Assembly: GCA_964016885.1 (NCBI GenBank)
Contig: OZ024740.1
Location: forward strand, 319,114,001 to 319,178,000
DNA length: 64,000 bases
Direction: 5' to 3'
DNA from: Eledone cirrhosa
Lineage: Eukaryota
Shown in pieces: positions 56,630 to 64,000 of the stretch. Every line of letters begins with the position of its first letter. Within the stretch, counting starts at the first letter, position 1. A model generated the notes under the pieces. It saw nothing but the letters and a program-made list of their open reading frames with translations, made no database searches and had not been told where the DNA came from. The position numbers were made by a program, and so were the translations under genes.

Positions 56630-59600
56630 TTCTAACGACTCTACCAATTCGAAGTCTTTCTGCTACAATACTCACAACAAATAATCCAGGATTGTCTCGT
56701 CTATTTCCACACCTTACATTCTATCTGACATTCTAACGACTCTACAAATTCGCTGTATTTCTACTACAATACTCACAACAAATAATCCAGCATTGCCTCG
56801 TCTATTTCCACAACTCACATTCTATCTGACATTCTAACGACTCTACCAATTCGAAGTCTTTCTACTACAATACTAACAACAAATAATCTAGGATTGTCTC
56901 GTCTATTTCCACAATTTACATTTTATCTGACATTCTAACGACTCTACCAATTCGAAGTTTTTCTACTACAATACTCACAAAAAATAATCAAGGATTGTAT
57001 CGTCTATTTCCACAACTTACATTCTATCTGACATACTAACGACTCTACCAATTCGAAGTCTTTCTACTACAATACTAACTTTAAACAATCCAGGAATATC
57101 TCCCCTATTTCCACAACTTACATTCTATCTGACATTCTAACGACTCTACCAATTCGCTGTATTTCTACTACAATACTAACTTCAAATAATCCAGGATTGT
57201 ATCGGCTATTTCCACAACTTACATTCTATCTGACATTCTAACGACTACCAATTCGCTGTCTTTCTACTACAATACTAACAACAAATAATCTAGGATTGTC
57301 TCGTCTATTTCCACAACTTACATTCTATCTGATATTCGAACGACTCTACCAATTCGAAGTCTTTCTACTACAATACTAACAACAAATAATCTAGGATTGT
57401 CTCGTCTATTTCCACAACTTACACTCTATCTGACATTCTAACGACTCTAACAATTCGAAGTCTTTCTACTACAATACTAACTTCAAATAATCCAGGATTG
57501 TCTCGTCTATTTTCCACAACTTACATTCTATCTGATATTCTAACGACTCTACCAATTCGATGTCTTTCTACTACAATACTCACAACAAATAATCCAGGAT
57601 TGTCTCGTCTATTTCCACAACTTACATTCTATCACACATTCTAACGTGTCTACCAATTCGCTGTATTTCTACTACAATACTAACAACAAATAATCTAGGA
57701 TTGTCTCGTCTATTTCCACAACTTACATTCTATCTGATATTCGAACGACTCTACCAATTCGAAGTCTTTCTACTACAATACTAACTTTAAACAATCCAGG
57801 ATTGTGTCCTCTATTTCCACAACTTACATTCTTTCTGACATTCTGATGACTCTACCAATTCGCTGTCTTTATACTACAATACTCACAACAAATAATCCAT
57901 ATTGTCTCGTCTATTTCCACAACTTATATTCTATCTGACATTCAAACGACTCTATCAATTCGAAGACTTTCTACTACAATACTAACTTTAAACAATCCTG
58001 GATTGTCTCCCCTATTTCCACAACTTACATTCTATCTGACATTCTAACGACTCTACCAATTCTCTGTATTTCTACTACAATACTAACTTCAAATAATCCA
58101 GGATTGTATCGGCTATTTCCACAACTTACATTCTATCTGACATTCTAACGACTCTACCAATTCGCTGTCTTTCTACTACAATACTAACAACAAATAATCT
58201 AGGATTGTCTCGTCTATTTCTACAACTTACATTCTATCTGACATTCTAACGACTCTACCAATTCGCTGTCTTTCTACTACAATACTCACTACAAATAATC
58301 CATATTGTCTCGTCTATTTCCACAACTTACATTCTATCTGACATTCAAACGACTCTATCAATTCGAAGTCTTTCTACTACAATACTAACGTCAAATAATC
58401 CAGGATTGTCTCGTCTATTTCCACAACTTACTTTCTATCTGACATTCTAACGACTCTACCAATTCGAAGTCTTTCTACTACAATACTAACAACAAATAAT
58501 CTAGGATTGTCTCGTCTATTTCCACAATTTACATTTTATCTGACATTCTAACGACTCTACCAATTCGAAGTCTTTCTACTACAATACTCACAACAAATAA
58601 TCCAGGATTGTCTCGTCTATTTCCACAACTTACATTCTATCTGACATTCTAACGACTCTACCAATTCGAAGTTTTTCTACTACAATACTCACAAAAAATA
58701 ATCAAGTATTGTATCGACTATTTCCACAACTTACATTTTATCTGACATTCTAACGACTCTACCAATTCGAACTCTTTCTGCTACAATACTCACAACAAAT
58801 AATCCAAGTTGCCTCGTTTATTTCCACACCTTACATTCTATCTGACATTCTAACGACTCTACCAATTCGCTGTAATTCTACTACAATACTAACGTCAAAT
58901 AATCCAGGATTGTCTCGTCTATTTCCACAACTTACTTTCTATCTGACATTCTAACGACTCTACCAATTCGCTGTATTTCTACTACAATACTCTCAACAAA
59001 TAAACCAGGATTGTCTCGTCTATTTCCACAACTTACATTATATCTGACATACTAACGACTCTACCAATTCGAAGTCTTTCTACTACAATACTAACTTTAA
59101 ACAATCCAGGATTGTCTCCTCTATTTCCACAACTTACATTCTATCTGACATTCTAATGACTCTACCAATTCGCTGTCTTTATACTACAATACTCACAACA
59201 AATAATCCATATTGTCTCGTCTATTTCCACAACTTACATTCTATCTGACATTCAAACGACTCTATCAATTCGAAGTCTTTCTACTACAATACAAACGTCA
59301 AATAATCCAGGATTGTCTCGTCTATTTCCACAACTTACTTTCTATCTGACATTCTAACGACTCTACCAATTCGCTGTATTTCTACTACAATACTCACAAC
59401 AAATATTCCAGCATTGTCTCGTCTATTTCCACAACTCACATTCTATCTGACATTCTAACGACTCTACCAATTCGAAGTCTTTCTACTACAATACTAACAA
59501 CAAATAATCTAGGATTGTCTCGTCTATTTCCACAATTTACATTTTATCTGACATTCTAACGACTCTACCAATTCGAAGTCTTTCTACTACAATACTCACA

Positions 59601-62600
59601 ACAAATAATCCAGGATTGTCTCGTCTATTTCCACAACTTACATTCTATCTGACATTCTAACGACTCTACCAATTCGAAGTTTTTCTACTACAATACTCAC
59701 AAAAAATAATCAAGTATTGTATCGACTATTTCCACAACTTACATTTTATCTGACATTCTAACGACTCTACCAATTCGAAGTCTTTCTGCTACAATACTCA
59801 CAACAAATAATCCAGGTTGCCTCGTTTATTTCCACACCTTACATTCTATCTGACATTCTAACGACTCTACCAATTCGCTGTAATTCTACTACAATACTAA
59901 CGTCAAATAATCCAGGATTGTCTCGTCTATTTCCACAACTTACTTTCTATCTGACATTCTAACGACTCTACCAATTCGCTGTATTTCTACTACAATACTC
60001 TCAACAAATAAACCAGGATTGTCTCGTCTATTTCCACAACTTACATTCTATCTGACATACTAACGACTCTACCAATTCGAAGTCTTTCTACTACAATACT
60101 AACTTTAAACAATCCAGGATTGTCTCCTCTATTTCCACAACTTACATTCTATCTGACATTCTAATGACTCTACCAATTCGCTGTCTTTATACTACAATAC
60201 TCACAACAAATAATCCATATTGTCTCATCTATTTCCACAACTTACATTCTATCTGACATTCTAAGGACTCTACCAATTCGAAGTCTTTCTGCTACAATAC
60301 TCACAACAAATAATCCAGGATTGTCTCGTCTATTTCCACACCTTACATTCTATCTGACATTCTAACGACTCTACAAATTCGCTGTATTTCTACTACAATA
60401 CTCACAACAAATAATCCAGCATTGTCTCGTCTATTTCCACAACTCACATTCTATCTGACATTCTAACGACTCTACCAATTCGAAGTCTTTCTACTACAAT
60501 ACTAACAACAAATAATCTAGGATTGTCTCGTCTATTTCCACAATTTACATTTTATCTGACATTCTAACGACTCTACCAATTCGAAGTTTTTCTACTACAA
60601 TACTCACAAAAAATAATCAAGGATTGTATCGTCTATTTCCACAACTTACATTCTATCTGACATACTAACGACTCTACCAATTCGAAGTCTTTCTACTACA
60701 ATACTAACTTTAAACAATCCAGGAATATCTCCCCTATTTCCACAACTTACATTCTATCTGACATTCTAACGACTCTACCAATTCGCTGTATTTCTACTAC
60801 AATACTAACTTCAAATAATCCAGGATTGTATCGGCTATTTCCACAACTTACATTCTATCTGACATTCTAACGACTACCAATTCGCTGTCTTTCTACTACA
60901 ATACTAACAACAAATAATCTAGGATTGTCTCGTCTATTTCCACAACTTACATTCTATCTGATATTCGAACGACTCTACCAATTCGAAGTCTTTCTACTAC
61001 AATACTAACAACAAATAATCTAGGATTGTCTCGTCTATTTCCACAACTTACACTCTATCTGACATTCTAACGACTCTAACAATTCGAAGTCTTTCTACTA
61101 CAATACTAACTTCAAATAATCCAGGATTGTCTCGTCTATTTTCCACAACTTACATTCTATCTGATATTCTAACGACTCTACCAATTCGATGTCTTTCTAC
61201 TACAATACTCACAACAAATAATCCAGGATTGTCTCGTCTATTTCCACAACTTACATTCTATCTCACATTCTAACGTGTCTACCAATTCGCTGTATTTCTA
61301 CTACAATACTAACAACAAATAATCTAGGATTGTCTCGTCTATTTCCACAACTTACATTCTATCTGATATTCGAACGACTCTACCAATTCGAAGTCTTTCT
61401 ACTACAATACTAACTTTAAACAATCCAGGATTGTGTCCTCTATTTCCACAACTTACATTCTTTCTGACATTCTGATGACTCTACCAATTCGCTGTCTTTA
61501 TACTACAATACTCACAACAAATAATCCATATTGTCTCGTCTATTTCCACAACTTATATTCTATCTGACATTCAAACGACTCTATCAATTCGAAGACTTTC
61601 TACTACAATACTAACTTTAAACAATCCTGGATTGTCTCCCCTATTTCCACAACTTACATTCTATCTGACATTCTAACGACTCTACCAATTCGCTGTATTT
61701 CTACTACAATACTAACTTCAAATAATCCAGGATTGTATCGGCTATTTCCACAACTTACATTCTATCTGACATTCTAACGACTCTACCAATTCGCTGTCTT
61801 TCTACTACAATACTAACAACAAATAATCTAGGATTGTCTCGTCTATTTCTACAACTTACATTCTATCTGACATTCTAACGTCTCTACCAATTCGCTGTCT
61901 TTCTACTACAATACTCACTACAAATAATCCATATTGTCTCGTCTATTTCCACAACTTACATTCTATCTGACATTCAAACGACTCTATCAATTCGAAGTCT
62001 TTCTACTACAATACTAACGTCAAATAATCCAGGATTGTCTCGTCTATTTCCACAACTTACTTTCTATCTGACATTCTAACGACTCTACCAATTCGAAGTC
62101 TTTCTACTACAATACTAACAACAAATAATCTAGGATTGTCTCGTCTATTTCCACAATTTACATTTTATCTGACATTCTAACGACTCTACCAATTCGAAGT
62201 CTTTCTACTACAATACTCACAACAAATAATCCAGGATTGTCTCGTCTATTTCCACAACTTACATTCTATCTGACATTCTAACGACTCTACCAATTCGAAG
62301 TTTTTCTACTACAATACTCACAAAAAATAATCAAGTATTGTATCGACTATTTCCACAACTTACATTTTATCTGACATTCTAACGACTCTACCAATTCGAA
62401 CTCTTTCTGCTACAATACTCACAACAAATAATCCAGGTTGCCTCGTTTATTTCCACACCTTACATTCTATCTGACATTCTAACGACTCTACCAATTCGCT
62501 GTAATTCTACTACAATACTAACGTCAAATAATCCAGGATTGTCTCGTCTATTTCCACAACTTACTTTCTATCTGACATTCTAACGACTCTACCAATTCGC

Positions 62601-63860
62601 TGTATTTCTACTACATTACTCTCAACAAATAAACCAGGATTGTCTCGTCTATTTCCACAACTTACATTATATCTGACATACTAACGACTCTACCAATTCG
62701 AAGTCTTTCTACTACAATACTAACTTTAAACAATCCAGGATTGTCTCCTCTATTTCCACAACTTACATTCTATCTGACATTCTAATGACTCTACCAATTC
62801 GCTGTCTTTATACTACAATACTCACAACAAATAATCCATATTGTCTCGTCTATTTCCACAACTTACATTCTATCTGACATTCAAACGACTCTATCAATTC
62901 GAAGTCTTTCTACTACAATACAAACGTCAAATAATCCAGGATTGTCTCGTCTATTTCCACAACTTACTTTCTATCTGACATTCTAACGACTCTACCAATT
63001 CGCTGTATTTCTACTACAATACTCACAACAAATATTCCAGCATTGTCTCGTCTATTTCCACAACTCACATTCTATCTGACATTCTAACGACTCTACCAAT
63101 TCGAAGTCTTTCTACTACAATACTAACAACAAATAATCTAGGATTGTCTCGTCTATTTCCACAATTTACATTTTATCTGACATTCTAACGACTCTACCAA
63201 TTCGAAGTCTTTCTACTACAATACTCACAACAAATAATCCAGGATTGTCTCGTCTATTTCCACAACTTACATTCTATCTGACATTCTAACGACTCTACCA
63301 ATTCGAAGTTTTTCTACTACAATACTCACAAAAAATAATCAAGTATTGTATCGACTATTTCCACAACTTACATTTTATCTGACATTCTAACGACTCTACC
63401 AATTCGAAGTCTTTCTGCTACAATACTCACAACAAATAATCCAGGTTGCCTCGTTTATTTCCACACCTTACATTCTATCTGACATTCTAACGACTCTACC
63501 AATTCGCTGTAATTCTACTACAATACTAACGTCAAATAATCCAGGATTGTCTCGTCTATTTCCACAACTTACTTTCTATCTGACATTCTAACGACTCTAC
63601 CAATTCGCTGTATTTCTACTACAATACTCTCAACAAATAAACCATGATTGTCTCGTCTATTTCCACAACTTACATTCTATCTGACATACTAACGACTCTA
63701 CCAATTCGAAGTCTTTCTACTACAATACTAACTTTAAACAATCCAGGATTGTCTCCTCTATTTCCACAACTTACATTCTATCTGACATTCTAATGACTCT
63801 ACCAATTCGCTGTCTTTATACTACAATACTCACAACAAATAATCCATATTGTCTCGTCTA
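56630..63860 (+). repeat. Near-identical 36-monomer tandem duplication (3629 bp) with nested 10-mer (1008 bp) repeats
   Basis: tctacaaatt at 56741/60370, 2-bp deletion acgactacca at 57241/60870, actctttctg at 58771/62400 and acaaacgtca at 59291/62920, all 3629 apart. aagtattgtatcgact at 58704/59712 and 62333/63341 (1008). Confidence 0.9.
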
Positions 63861-64000
63861 TTTCCACAACTTACATTCTATCTGACATTCAAACGACTCT
63901 ATCAATTCGAAGTCTTTCTACTACAATACTAACGTCAAATAATCCAGGATTGTCTCGTCTATTTCCACAACTTACTTTCTATCTGACATTCTAACGACTC

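Larger units (their letters stand above)
30301..64000 (+). repeat. 101-bp satellite tandem array, forward orientation, right part (~334 monomers; open at window edge)
   Basis: The same monomer continues uninterrupted to the window end. Confidence 0.98.

Noticed and set aside
1-64000. CRISPR-like array (constant part plus variable part)
   Set aside because: The variable segments are point variants of one sequence, not unique spacers; no leader or cas genes; the period is too long.
1-64000. Giant repetitive protein-coding gene or tandem tRNA/5S/snRNA array
   Set aside because: The period is not a multiple of 3, the ORF track shows nothing over 74 aa, and no cloverleaf, A/B box or 5S motifs are recognisable.
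1-64000. Single fixed-length HOR across the window
   Set aside because: Marker offsets vary (10, 12, 13, 18, 20, 23, 30, 34, 36, 38, 41, 46 monomers), and most units occur in only 2-3 copies.

Overview
The whole 64 kb window is one tandem satellite array of a 101-bp AT-rich monomer (about 630 copies; consensus ctatttccacaacttacattctatctgacattctaacgactctaccaattcgaagtctttctactacaatactcacaacaaataatccaggattgtctcgt; about 36% GC, strongly G-poor on the + strand). I find no credible genes, RNA genes, transposons or CRISPR array, and the four ORF-track calls are chance frames in the repeat. The most notable structure is a ~1.06 kb inverted block (29243-30301) with base-level resolvable junctions: AAT microhomology on the left, a perfect 19-bp palindrome on the right, and about 14 bp net loss if flipped back. 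The array also has nested, locally changing higher-order duplications (10-46 monomers) and a turnover of monomer variants near the inversion. This organisation resembles eukaryotic (peri)centromeric satellite, which is an inference; I cannot name the family or organism. Coordinates and offsets were counted by eye and block edges are approximate to about one monomer.
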